Source of the DNA: Octopus sinensis
Lineage: Eukaryota
DNA: 45,310 nucleotides
Assembly (NCBI RefSeq): GCF_006345805.1
Contig: NW_021832091.1
Coordinates: 1-45,310 of the forward strand
Direction of reading: 5' to 3'
Shown here: in pieces, positions 1 to 12,906 of the stretch
Numbering within the stretch: position 1 is the first letter of the stretch
Layout of the letters: every line of letters starts with the position of its first letter
Made by a program: the position numbers and the translations under genes
Notes under the pieces: model-generated
Told to the model about the DNA's origin: nothing
Databases searched by the model: none
The model's input: the letters and a program-made list of their open reading frames with translations, nothing else

Positions 1-694
1 AGACACAGTCCTCTTGTCTTAGATTTAGTAGTTGATAAAGAGATAAATGAATTAGAAACGAATCACAATCCTTTACGAGCTATGACCCCAGTGGGCTTCA
101 TGTGATCCTTAGAAGTGTAGTCTAAAGTGGTAGTTTATTCTTAGCTGCAATAGTGGCAACATGAATTTCTTCCATCTTTTAGTTCAGTAAAGCATTTGAG
201 AAAAATCATATTAATGGGTTCAACTGGGTCAAATTCTATTATTTATTTGTGCAGGACGATGGGACTGCATTTAATTGATCTGATGATTTTTTCAATTAAA
301 TGGATCAGCTTGCAACGGCCGTACTGCATCACTATTTGATATCCTATTGCTTATTGATTGATTATTATATACATATAAATATAATTATTATTTGAGGGAA
401 TAAAATCCAAACGTACAAGGAAAAAGAATTCAATTTAGAAATACTAAATCAAATTCCACACAATATAATATATGTATATAAAATATTAGAAAAAAACCCC
501 ACCTTTTATCAATTCAAAATGAATAATTAAATTACACCATCTAGAAAATTACATATGAAGAAAAAGTTAAAATCAAAATAACAATTAAAAAGTAAAGATT
601 AAGTAAATTACAAAAATAATAAATGTAATATAATAGGTAGAAAAACATATATATATATTATAGATATATATATATGTTTATATATATATATGTT

Positions 695-725
<31 letters not shown>

Positions 726-734
726 GTTTTTCTA

Positions 735-882
735 CCTATTAGTTTCCGTTTGGTAAATTCTCTCAAGGCTTTGGTCGGCCCGTGTTTTATAGTAAAAGGC
801 ATTCGCCCAAGGTGTTACAAGGTGGAACTGAAAACCGGAACTATGTAACTTAAAAGCAAACTTCCTACCATACACCCACGCC
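735..882 (-). mobile_element. SINE family A, 5' part. Further partial copies at about 9275-9480, 16217-16380, 19885-20030, 20700-20930, 31730-31935, 32973-33125, 33440-33630, 34108-34362, 39664-39800 and 41425-41700
   Basis: Shared blocks caaggctttggtcggcc / gacacttgcccaagg and gcggccatgctggagcacc / cttattctatcggtctc. Confidence 0.75.
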
Positions 883-936
883 TCTTTATTTATATATTTA
901 TATATTTTAACTCTTTGCTATTTATTTATTTTTCAG

Positions 937-1066
937 CAATACAAACAGAGAAGATTGCTACTTGTCCGGTATGCTGACCAATACGATGATTTACTGTGGA
1001 ATGTTCGGTGGCAGCATTATTTCTTTATTCTTCCCATATCTGACAAATGATGGCAAAAGTCCTTAA
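937..1066 (+). CDS. Probable terminal exon of a multi-pass membrane transporter, SLC29/equilibrative nucleoside transporter-like last TM helix (gene starts left of window)
   Basis: Acceptor ttatttatttttcag|C at 936/937. Phase-2 frame reads NTNREDCYLSGMLTNTMIYCGMFGGSIISLFFPYLTNDGKSP* (TAA 1064-1066). The hydrophobic helix with G-x7-G-x3-GS spacing resembles ENT C-termini; the family call is from recalled pattern only. Confidence 0.55.
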
Positions 1067-2110
1067 ATTTAAATTTCTTTCTATGTATGAATTCTTTGTG
1101 AATTTCGGAATTTTTCACCTCCTTTTCGGATTCACATTTGCCACTAGATTTCATATTTGGCTCAACAATAATTTCTTTCATAGTCTGTCGCTGAAAGATG
1201 ACCAATACCTAGCAAGAACCCCAGTATATTATTGGTGTTTATTTCATATTAACGATATGTACGAGTGCAGCAATGAGTTGTATTTAACCTAAAAAGAATT
1301 TGAACATGGAACCAGCAACATTAATCCTAAAAGGAATATCTGCCAGACGCTAATGTCTATATCGCGGGAAGATCGTTATGTCAATTATAAACACACGCAC
1401 TGATTCTATTACACTCTTTTAAAATTCGTAAATTAATTGACAATTTCAGCAACTCTCTAATGGATTGTATCATTTAATCGTTTGGTTAATCACTCAGTTA
1501 ATAAATTTCATTAAAGTCATTCCTCCGCCATTCTGTCAAAGTTCTTTCGTTTCAGTACGGGTTGTGAGGTCATGTCAATGAAGAGGTCGTGAATGGCGAC
1601 AAAAGGACTGTGGCAAACATTATTGACTGATTGATTAACCAAATAATTTACAAAAGAATCGATTGGGTAGCTGGTTAAAAAACTAATCAACTAACGGATG
1701 ATAAAGAAATGAAACAAAATCAGTGCGTGTGTTTATTATTGGCATAATGGTCCTCCCGAAATACAACAGAATAGTTTTCAACACACAAGTTCACATCAAG
1801 AATTTTGCGAACCAAATAGAAACACGAAATACTTAGGGATATACATTGAAAGAATGCTCAGCCAGCCAAATTGATCCCAGTTCTTAACTGGTTCTTGTTT
1901 CTAGCAACCCCCTGAAGACTGCCATGGAACACCGAGCTCAATGACATCGAGCTCAAAACATAGACATGTGCACAAACACTACAGTCTAAAGACTCAGCTC
2001 ATCCAATGTTCCGTCTTCCATAGAAAAAGAAGTTCTATTACCGCGTCCATATCAATCCAACTGACTCGGCTTCTGACAATAAACAATTATAAAAATGGCT
2101 TACGTGTAGA

Positions 2111-2115
<5 letters not shown>

Positions 2116-2152
<37 letters not shown>

Positions 2153-2356
2153 TATTATATTTATTATTATATTTATTATTATTATTTTTATATTTATTAT
2201 TATTATTATATTTATTATTATTATTATTATTACTATTGTTATTACTATTATTACTAACATCAGCATCATCTTCCTCATCATCACTCTCCTCATCATCACC
2301 CTCATCATCATCATCATCATCATCATTATCATCATCATCATCATCATCATCATCAT
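2116..2356. repeat. (ATT)n/(CAT)n compound microsatellite
   Basis: Direct reading; source of the poly-I/M/D/N ORFs. Confidence 0.97.
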
Positions 2357-3427
2357 GAGTTAGTTTGCCAGAGCAACTGTACATTATGTTGTTTAATGTT
2401 AAATCATATGTTGCGGGGCATTTGAGGTAGGGAAGTAGTAAGTCTGGAATCAGGTATGTAGGTCGGTAGGTAGGTAAGCAGGTATTTTGGGGTGGAAGGT
2501 AGGTAGATATTTTGGGTGGGAGGATTTATTTCAAGTTTTCATCTTTGCTGAATTCATTCAGTCACTAAAATCTGGCAAATGTCTTCCTTAATCTAAGACA
2601 GCTGTTGGAATTTGTAGTCATCTGATTTCGGTAATGTATGCATATATCTGAACGTTTTCTCCTCGTGTGTCTTCATGCGGGTAAACTTGTATCCGTTGGT
2701 AAAGTGCATAACACAATAGAGCACAAGTGTGAATGTTTCGCTACTATTTTATGAGTACATATATGTATATATATATATTGGGATCGCGGTTCGAATCTCA
2801 GACCGGGCGACGTGCGTGTTTATGAGCGAAACACCTAAACTCCACGAGGCTCCGGCAGAAGGTAATGGCGAGCTTCTGCTGACTCTTTCGCCACAACTTT
2901 CTCTCACTCTTTCCTCCTGCATCTTGCAGCTCACCTACACGTTCGATTGCATTCTCATCTGCAATCGATTTTTGTAATTTTTTCAGGACCTATATACGCC
3001 CTGATACCGTCGGTATCTACATATCAAATTTGAGCGCAATCGGATGGAGATCCTAGAAGACACACACACAGACAGACAGAACGGATTTTATATAATAGAT
3101 ATATAATAATAATATTAGGGAATATAACTCCAAACTTACAGGGAAAAATTCAATTTAGTATTAAATCAAATTTCACAGTATAAATATATAAAATATGAAT
3201 TAGAGATAAAACATTATGCAACTCAAACAGTGATAGACATAAACCAATACATAAATAACAAATAATATATATAATTAATATAATATAATATGATATAATA
3301 TGATATAATATTATATGAATTAATATAATATAATAAATATATATAATATATATAATTATATATATATAGATATATATGTATATATATATAATATGTATAT
3401 ATATATATATGTGTGTGCATATGTATA

Positions 3428-3484
<57 letters not shown>

Positions 3485-3826
3485 ATGTATGTATGTATGT
3501 ATATGTATGTAGTATATGCTATATAATCCAAATAAGAAGACAAAGGAATATTTCAATATATCTTTAATGATTCAGTTACAATTGTTTCGTTACCAACTCT
3601 GCTTTGAACGCAAGTTCACGCAAAAGTTTAAAGTGAAGATTTTCATAATTACGGTTTTTAAACATTTGATTGTCACTTCCTCAGACCTGCAGCAAAGGTG
3701 TGCTGTAACACACTGTCCGTCTGCGAGACTTAGGATTTTGGTTACATTGGGGAAGAAATAAAAAGTAAATAAATACAATCATACGCGTTCGCGCAAAATT
3801 AACAAAAGCAATGTTTATTATTATTA

Positions 3827-3893
<67 letters not shown>

Positions 3894-3963
3894 TCACAGC
3901 GATCAACATACTTAGACAGTCCCAGAGTTACTTTAAAGCTAGTCATCATAATAAAAAATATAT

Positions 3964-4375
3964 AGGCGCAGGAGTGGCTGTGGTAAGTAGCTTGCTTACC
4001 AACCACATGGCTCCGGGTTCAATCCCACTGCGTGGCATCTTGGGCAAGTGTCTTCTCCTATAGCCTCGGGCCGACCAAAACCTTGTGAGTGGATTTGGTA
4101 GATGGAAACTGAAAGAAGCCCGTCGTATATATGTATATATATAAATATATGTGTGTGTATATGTTTGTGTGTCTGTGTTTGCCCCCCTAGCATTGCTTGA
4201 CAACCGATGCTGGTGTGTTTATGTCCCCGTCACTTAGCGGTTCGTCAAAAGAGACCGATAGAATAAGTACTAGGCTTACAAAAATAAGTCCCGGGGTCGA
4301 TTTGCTCGACTAAAGGCGGTGCTCCAGCATGGCCGCAGTCAAAATGACTGAAACAAGCAAAAGAGTAAAAGAGTA
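3964..4375 (+). mobile_element. tRNA-derived SINE family A, near full length
   Basis: ggcgcaggagtggctgtggt...gggttcaatccc (A/B-box-like), internal (TA/TG)n, tail ending gagtaaaagagta; many copies in the window. Confidence 0.85.
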
Positions 4376-4868
4376 TTTATTTGTAATGTTTGAAAACTGC
4401 TAATAAGTATCGCTAAGTTATTATGTCTTAATTATGCAAATAGAAGGGAAATTTCCATTGGTTGAGAATATTTGTGCAGCCTATTCAGCTTATTTGTTTA
4501 AACTGATGTCATTAGCCCATCCCACTTGCGCATAGCTCATATTAGTGTTTTGATAATATACATCACTGTTTCCACAAAGTCTTCATAAATTATTTTTCTC
4601 TATATAAAAAAAAATGTTGCTAGATGTATGAGGCTCAACTATAGTTACTTTTTGCTGATGAGGAGCTATACCAACGAAACAAGCCAAATCATCTTACAAA
4701 TGTTAGCTATTCCAGTTTGCACGTAAAATACTTTTGGAAACCGCTTCTTAATTTCTGTGATTACTTCTGTTTATTCCTGATTTGCTAACAGTTCAACGAA
4801 GACAAGTAATCGAGAACTCTATACATATGTTACTCAAAATATCGTGTGTGTGTGTGTGTGCGTGTACA

Positions 4869-4904
<36 letters not shown>

Positions 4905-4954
4905 TGTATGTATGTATGTATGTATGTATGTGTGGTGTGTGTGTGGTGTATGTA

Positions 4955-4993
<39 letters not shown>

Positions 4994-5000
4994 CTTTGTA

Positions 5001-5315
5001 TATATATTAATCAATGAAATTCCAAGTTAACCTGATTTTCCCGTTTAATAATTCTCACTTTTTAAATTATATGATTTTACAATATTGAAATAAACTAGTA
5101 CTTTTATGCATCACGTAATCATCAGGCTTACGTATTGACAGTCGTTTTCCACCGTTGTCAGTTGTGGAACACGACGGTCAGTACATAAACCTGATGATTG
5201 CGTAATGCATGAAAGTACTAGTTTATTTCAATATTGTAACATTGTAAAATTTAAAAAGTGCAAATCATTAAACGGAAAAATCAGGCTAAGTCGAAATTCC
5301 GTTGATTAGTATATT
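5001..5315. repeat. Long imperfect palindrome (about 150-bp arms)
   Basis: Arms meet at ttccac/gtggaa around 5148-5169; outer ends atattaatcaa / ttgattagtat. Confidence 0.9.
5185..5226 (+). ncRNA. Minimal hammerhead ribozyme (right arm of palindrome)
   Basis: ataaac CTGATGA t tgc gtaat gca t GAAA gtac TA gtttat. 6-bp stem I, palindromic GTAC, CUA site after 5220. The mirror arm (about 5083-5127, minus) has GAAA changed to AAAA. Confidence 0.68.
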
Positions 5316-6087
5316 GCCCTATACACAATCATACAAACTCGGATATATATCTCTATCGCTATTTATCTATCTATCTTCCTATCAACCTACCTATCAATAC
5401 ACACATACATACGTAATACATACATACATGCATACACTTGTGTGTTTATTTGATTAAAGATACGACTGCAATCCAGTAATATTTTTCGTCTTACAGATTT
5501 TTTTTCATAGTTTCGTATCAGTTTCAAGCAGTTAGCTTAGAACAATAAACTTCCTAAATTCATAAACTGCGTTTCAATATATAAAAAGCGACGCAGATAT
5601 CAGATCTAATCCAATTTTTACAAACAAGACTGTGCTGTTCTGGAAACTTTGAATATGGATTTAGAAAATTAATTGTTCCAAACCAACAGCAAGAAACTAA
5701 TACAAAAGCATGAACTTCAACATAGTTGGATCTTTAATGAAATATATAAAAGGAAACCTCTTCATGTTTAGGATTATATTCATATGTGTACGCGCGTGCA
5801 TGTTTTTATATATGTATGCATGTGTAGATATATACGTACTTGAAACATAGTTGGGGTGTGGGAAAAATCATGAAACAAAAGCAAATACATGAGTTAATGA
5901 GTGAGAGAGTGAATGGGGAATCAGTGAAAGAATGGATGGGAATAAGTCAATGAAGAGACGGCGGCAAGACCTGGGTTTGTCCAACTTTTCAAGACCCTTT
6001 ATGTCCTTGTATCTTAATGTCGGTAAAATTAGAAGGAAAGTTGCCTGATATTTCTAATATGTTATGCAACTTCAATAATTAGTTGAG

Positions 6088-6391
6088 TTACAATTGATTT
6101 TTCTTTTTCTTCCTTTTAAGTAATTTTGGCACAAACTGCAACGGTGCCAGTCTACCTCTTTGATGGGATAATTTTTTTGCATCTTCCAAGAGAATTCTTG
6201 GTATATTATCTATTTTCTGACTGAAAGAACAATCACATCTTGTTGTCATTTCAATATAACAATCAGATAAGTCACATTGATCTCTGATGCAAAGACACTC
6301 CGAGTTTTTCTTGTAAGCAAGCGAATTTCTTTCAGCATATTTCTCATCCAGTTTGCTGTTAATAGGCGTCTCGTTAATAGTTTTTGCTCTC
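6088..6391 (-). CDS. Coiled-coil protein, terminal exon 14 (phase 2 to stop)
   Basis: ttcttttatattcttcag|G. 100 open codons RAKTINETPINSKLDEKYAERNSLAYKKNSECLCIRDQCDLSDCYIEMTTRCDCSFSQKIDNIPRILLEDAKKLSHQRGRLAPLQFVPKLLKRKKKKNQL*, TAA at 6088-6090. In phase with exon 13; not in the ORF track. Confidence 0.72.
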
Positions 6392-6529
6392 CTGAAGAAT
6401 ATAAAAGAATGGCTTAATAAATACCAATTTGGTTTTTATCAGAATGCAGTTTTGTAGTAATTATGTTGCTTGTGTGTGTGTGTTTGTGCGAAGGAATAAA
6501 ACGTTTTTGGCAGTATATAGAATAGTGTA

Positions 6530-6583
6530 TTGATAATAATAATAAGAATGATAAGAAGAAGAAGAATGATGATAATGATGATA

Positions 6584-6662
<79 letters not shown>

Positions 6663-6721
6663 TAATAATAATAACAACAATAATAATGATGATAATAATA
6701 ACAATAACAATAACGATAATG

Positions 6722-6752
<31 letters not shown>

Positions 6753-6858
6753 TAACAATAACAATAACAATAACAATAACGATAAAAATAATAATAATAA
6801 TAATAATAATAATTATAATAATAATGATAATAATAATAATAATAATAATAATAATATT
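6530..6858. repeat. (AAT)n/(GAT)n/(AACAAT)n compound microsatellite
   Basis: Direct reading. Confidence 0.97.
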
Positions 6859-7616
6859 ATGGTTAGTCTGAAAAAAAATGAAGTGATTTTTACTTAGTTT
6901 ATTTATATAGAGGTGCAGAAGGTGTTCAAATTCACCAAGGAAATAAAATGAAACGAGTTGAGATTAAACGAACGTAAAATATAATAAATATAAAATAAAG
7001 TAGAATTTTTCTATTATTACTTTTAATAATTGTTCTTTGTTTTTGTCTAGCGCATGAATATATTTGAAAATACTGAGAAAAAACATTGAAAAATTCTTGA
7101 AGCGCTAGTCGAGGATTCTTAGTGTAATTATTCTTCTTTAAGTTATTTCATTGAATTTTATCATTTTCTAGGAATATTTGAAGACTTCCCTTGCCTAATA
7201 TATAAATAAACTAAGGTAAATTCCTTCATATTCTCGACACAAGCCAATATATATGTGTACACACCACACACACACACACACACCACACACACACACACAC
7301 ATACATACATATATATACATTATAATATATATATATAATTAATATAATATATTAGAAGTGGTTTTAATCTCTGATTTAATATAATATATTATATATTACA
7401 TAATATACATATATATGTATTGATATATATATACATCTATACATGTATATACATATATATACATATTTACATATACATACATATATACATCTATGCATAT
7501 ATAAATATATATATGTATATATATATATGTATATATATATGTACATATATATACATACATTTATATATATACTTATATGCATATATAATATATATATATA
7601 TATATATATAATATTA

Positions 7617-7894
7617 ATTCGAGACAAAACCACTATTTTGCAAAACAAAACAAGGAAGACTTAATCAATACATAAAAATTTTTAATATAAAGAAATAAAC
7701 CGCCACTACAATCGTTTCATGTCTTCATGACATTCGTCAGTGGATTTTCGATCTTTAGGAGATCGAAAATCCACCTGACGAATGTCATTGAAGAAATGAA
7801 ACGATTGTAGTGGCGGTTTATTTCTTTATATTAAAATTTTATGTATTGATTAAGTCTTTCCTTGTTTGTTTTGCAAATAGTGGTTGTCTCGAAT
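7617..7894. repeat. Long near-perfect palindrome (about 135-bp arms, 5-nt loop)
   Basis: gattttcgatct ttagg agatcgaaaatc at the axis; (TA)n flanks. Confidence 0.95.
7771..7813 (+). ncRNA. Minimal hammerhead ribozyme (right arm of palindrome; mirror copy 7703-7744 minus)
   Basis: ccac CTGACGA atgtc attgaa gaaat GAAA c gatt g TA gtgg. The mirror arm has a perfect stem II (atgtc/gacat) but a 1-nt loss in stem I. Confidence 0.72.
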
Positions 7895-7985
7895 ATTATA
7901 TAATATTTTACTAAAAATTGGATTTAATCCTAAATCTGATTTTTTCCCTGTAAATTGGATTTATTCCCTAATATTTATTATTATA

Positions 7986-8046
<61 letters not shown>

Positions 8047-8348
8047 ATACGGGTAGATACATACATACATATGCAGACATACATACATACATACATATAA
8101 ACATGCATACATTCATACATACATACATACATTCATACATACATTCATACATACATAAAATTAATATAAACAACCAGGCGGAGTGTCATGCCATGAAGGA
8201 AAAATTCACCCGTTACTAATTGTGACTAACAGTGCCAAAGTACCAACATTGCTAAAAGTAATGTTTAAAATACTCTTAATGCTATCAGAAGATCGCAAGT
8301 ATATACATATACTGATGGATCAGCTAACTGCCCCATGACCGTCTCAAG

Positions 8349-8389
8349 CATCAATCAGTTTCGTCTTTACCGTAGACATCGTCAGTAGT
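8349..8389 (-). ncRNA. Decayed hammerhead-like motif
   Basis: CTGACGA t gtct acggtaa agac GAAA ctga TT; core and stem II intact, stems I and III broken. Confidence 0.38.
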
Positions 8390-9145
8390 GACTGCTCGAA
8401 CTGCACATGGTCGGCTAATTTCGTCTGCCAACATTTATATACTTACCATGCAAATTTATGGATGATTTAGCGAAATGCTAATGGATATACTAAAAATTAA
8501 TTCAAACATAAATACATAATATGCATATATATATAGTAGTAAATAGCTGAAACATAACTTAGTCTAGCTTCTATAAATTGTAATGTAGTAAGATTACTTC
8601 GTAGGCAAATGTCAAAATTTGTAACAGGTTTTAATTAGTATTTCATTAGATGCTCAAATATATAATCATAGTTATTGTACCAAATATACACAAATGCAAA
8701 GAGCAAACTTTCTTCCTGACATCGATTAAGAAATTAAATTTTAGAGACTGAAAATTAGATTGTTTAATTGGGAAATACGAATTAAGTGTTCGCTTTTGCG
8801 AAAACAAATTGTTACTTGTTTTTTGTTACATGCATATATACATACATGAATACATACACATACACATACATACATACATACATACTTACATACATATATA
8901 CATGCATGCATGCATGCATGCATACGCAGGTATTTATGAATGTATGTATCTATGTATGTATTTATGTGTATTAGTACATGAAGTGCGTTAATGGCACACA
9001 AAAGACCAAATTTTAACGGATATATTTCACTTAAGCTTCCAACTCAAGAAACTACAGGTTCCATGAACTGCCGCGAAAGGTAATTTCAATAGAGTGTGTC
9101 CGTGTGTGTGTGTGTGTGTGTGTGTACTCGTCTTCATTCAAATAT

Positions 9146-9273
<128 letters not shown>

Positions 9274-9618
9274 TCTCTTTTACTTCCTTCAGTCATTTAA
9301 CTGCGGCCATGCTGGCACAACGCCTTTAGTCGGGCAAATCGACACCAGGACTTATTCTTTGTAAGCCTAGTACTTACTCTATCGGTCTCTTTTGCCGAAC
9401 CGATAGGTTACGGAGACGTAAACGCACCAGCATCGGTTGTCAAGAGTTGTTGGGAAGACAAACACAGACACACATATATATATTTATTGAAATGGATAAA
9501 TGAATTATCTTGTTACGGATTATTCAAATTATAACCGATACCTGGGTAGCAAAAATCACAACAGAAAAATCACGGTTGAGGTTACGACCGTGCCTTAGTG
9601 CGGGAATTTGAAGTTTTA

Positions 9619-9930
9619 TATATTTAGTGAGGGAAGAAATGGAGCTGAACGAAGATTTTACAAATTTCCTTCTTATTATTTTCTACATATGTTTCAAAGG
9701 CTGCAAAGTCCCTAATTCGGATTGAATAAGGAGACCATTTTGCAGCTTTCTCTTCAGGAAAATCCAGGAACTTAAATCTCCTGGATTTTCCTGAAAGAGA
9801 AAGCTGCAAAATGGTCTCCTTATTCAATCCGAATTAGGGACTTTGCAGCCTTTGAAACATATGTAGAAAATAATAAAAAGGAAATTGGTAAAATCTTCGT
9901 TCAGCTCCATTTCTTCCCTCACTAAATATA
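9619..9930. repeat. Long near-perfect palindrome (about 150-bp arms, 9-nt loop)
   Basis: aaatccagga acttaaatc tcctggattt at the axis; only a few mismatches; TA-rich flanks; single-arm relative at 35245-35375. Confidence 0.97.
9679..9762 (-). ncRNA. Minimal type I hammerhead ribozyme (left arm of palindrome)
   Basis: ttttc CTGAAGA gaaagctgcaaa...tttgcagccttt GAAA catatg TA gaaaa. The mirror copy at 9786-9870 (+) has CTGAAAGA (1-nt insertion). Confidence 0.8.
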
Positions 9931-9942
9931 CTATATATATAT

Positions 9943-9980
<38 letters not shown>

Positions 9981-9999
9981 TACGACGGGGCTTCTTTCA

Positions 10000-10039
<40 letters not shown>

Positions 10040-10073
10040 TATAAATATGTATAATATTATATATATATATAAA

Positions 10074-10104
<31 letters not shown>

Positions 10105-10374
10105 CGTATATATGCGTATATATAAATATGTATACATACTGCGCTCACGATCGTGTTTTATGATCGGGGTTTCAATTGCCAGACCGGCTGCACGTTGTGT
10201 TTTTGAGCAGTAAAAACCACAATACGTTGCTTCAGTCCACTCAACTGTAAATGGCTAACTCTTAAACGGATTAGTCTTCCGATATATACATGTGTGTATT
10301 TATGAAATATATATGTGCATATATATATATACATACATACATACATATACATATACATAATATATATATATATA

Positions 10375-10585
10375 TAAAGTTAATCCAAAGAAGAAAGCAC
10401 AAAAAAAACACAACAACGCGAGGACGTGGAACAAATATAGCATTACTGGACGCTCCTCAAGAAGGAAAGAAGGAGGGTTAACGTTTCGAGCGGAGCTCTT
10501 CGTCGGAAACATAGGAGAAGGAAAGAACCAGAGAGGGAAGACAGAGGAAAAAAAAATCGCCAACGTACACACGCGGTCACATTTT
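10375..10585 (-). mobile_element. Short non-coding hammerhead-bearing repeat (PLE-end-like)
   Basis: Clearly homologous to 16426-16635; starts next to (TA)n; contains the gagc/gctc hammerhead. Confidence 0.7.
10478..10509 (-). ncRNA. Decayed hammerhead (U4C)
   Basis: ttt CCGACGA a gagc tcc gctc GAAA cg TT aa, inside the repeat copy 10375-10585. Confidence 0.5.
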
Positions 10586-10714
10586 ATACTTTATTTAGTT
10601 CTAGGTAAATGTTTTATCGTATCTTTAATTTTTTCTATATGGTATATATATATATATATAAAATATATATATGTAGAGAGAGAGAGAGATAAAGAGAGAG
10701 AGAGATAGATAGAC

Positions 10715-10783
<69 letters not shown>

Positions 10784-10804
10784 TACATATACAAACATGC
10801 ACAG

Positions 10805-10839
<35 letters not shown>

Positions 10840-11322
10840 CACACTTACACACACAAAGAGTAATGGAGAATTGGTTTGGAAGTTTATTTCCCAGTCACAG
10901 GAATATATATAAACTTTGCTCTGTTTTTACAGCGAGGCTATACATTACAATCCGCCGCCAAAGAAGTGTAGTGCATTGAATAATATATATATATATATAT
11001 ATATATATCATAGAGTGGTGTCCACGGCTTAGATACTGTAAGCAAAACAACACAAAATAGAACTCAATAAATAATGAGCATTGCGTGCACTGAAAAAAAA
11101 AACAAGAAAGAAATATAAATTAATTACAAATTGAAAAATAATAGCTATTTTATCATCAACAACAATAATAGCAAAAACAACAACTGCAGCCACACACGAA
11201 AACTAATGATAAAAAAAAACATAGCAACAACAAAAGCAATAGAAAAAGAACTTCTATGGTATAAAAAACAAAGAATTAACACCGAGATATTTATTGGACA
11301 GAAAACACCAGCAACACTTCAC

Positions 11323-11393
11323 CTCGTTTTGGTTGTTTGAGCCATTTTTTTCTTGAAGTGGAGGAAAATTGCATTTTTCGAACTGTAAATTCT
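11323..11393 (-). CDS. Candidate 71-nt frame-shifting cassette exon of the coiled-coil gene
   Basis: gtattttgtgttaccag|AGAA...CGAG|gtgaag; open in all three frames; not needed for the in-phase model. Confidence 0.3.
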
Positions 11394-11419
11394 CTGGTAA
11401 CACAAAATACCTGGTGACG

Positions 11420-11698
11420 TTTTTGTTGTTGTTGTTGTAGAGTGGTGGTGGTGGTGGTGGTGGTAGTTAAAAGAAATATTATTAACTTCACTATATGATT
11501 TGAAAAAAGGGTATTGAAATGATGATGCTGATGATGATGACGACGACGTTATCACGATGATAATAATAATAATGATAATAATAGTAATGGTGGCGATGAC
11601 GATGATGATAATGATGACGACGTTACCCTTTTCTTATAAACAATTAAAAAGTTCCAACCATCTTTACGTGGTTGCAGCAGCAGCAGCAACAGTATAGC

Positions 11699-11744
<46 letters not shown>

Positions 11745-11778
11745 TGTAGTAGCAGCAGCAGCAGCAACAGCAGCAGTA

Positions 11779-11814
<36 letters not shown>

Positions 11815-12070
11815 TAGTAGTAGTAGTAGTAGAATTTTATGGTGGTGGTGGTGGTGGTGGTGGTGGTGGTTTTGGTGGTGGTGGTGGTGGTGGTGGTGGT
11901 TTTGGTGGTGGTGGTGGTGGTGGTGGTGGAGTTGGTGGTTGTGGTGGTGGTGGTAGTGGTGATGTTAGTAGTAGTAGTAGTAGTGGTGGTGGTGGTGGTG
12001 GTGGTGGTGGTGGTGGTGTTGGTGGTGGTGATGGTGGTGATGGTGATGGTGGTGGCAGTAGTGGTCATGG
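11420..12070. repeat. (GTT)n/(GAT)n/(GTA)n/(GCA)n/(GGT)n compound microsatellite
   Basis: Direct reading; source of the poly-G/V/T ORFs. Confidence 0.97.
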
Positions 12071-12462
12071 ATGAGCACATTTAAGGCTGGCCAGAATCGA
12101 AACACCAAGCAGGTATTCTATGGAAGGATAAAAGTCAATACCGACTTCAACAGTATTTGAACCCTAAATGCAAAATAACATACCTAATTATCATGTGATG
12201 CTTAAGATGAGCACTACAGATTACCCTTTTGAATAGCTCATTAATAAATCAGAGGCGAATTTTGTCATTATCTTAATAAATGTAGTAATACTAAAGTGTC
12301 CCACACACACAAACAATATATACGTACGCATACACACTCACACACACACACACACACACACCTATATGGATTGAGGGTTACAGTCTGACAAGTCGCTCCT
12401 ATAGCTTCGCTGCTGTATTACATATATATTATATATATATATATATATATAATATATATATA

Positions 12463-12500
<38 letters not shown>

Positions 12501-12587
12501 TAATATTACACATATTATATATATATATAACATATATAATATATAATATAATACACATTATATATACATATATATATATATATATAC

Positions 12588-12629
<42 letters not shown>

Positions 12630-12906
12630 CCATACAGACATGCGTGCACACATACTAACACGTACATTATGGTAATATATACTTGTCAAATATTAGCTTC
12701 GAGGACCGCAATAAATTACAAAAGCTGACGTTATATCCTGAAGTGGTCAGACTACTACTACTACTGCTGCTGCTGCTACTACCATTAATAATAATAATAA
12801 TACCAATATTGCATTTGCATATTCATTTCTTTATGTGTTCATACCTACGCTTAGACATTGACACCTTGACACCTATTGCAAATATAAAGGTTTTATAAAC
12901 AAACTG

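Noticed and set aside
2148-2384. Poly-Asp/Glu ORF resembling an acidic protein tail
   Set aside because: Coincides exactly with the (CAT)n/(ATT)n array; no convincing splice context
4651-4689. CTGATGA...GAAAC resembling a hammerhead
   Set aside because: Stem II does not pair beyond 1 bp and there is no UH triplet; similar partial hits at about 21150-21205 and 39855-39920 were also rejected
11808-12074. Gly-rich ORF
   Set aside because: (GGT)n microsatellite inside intron 13
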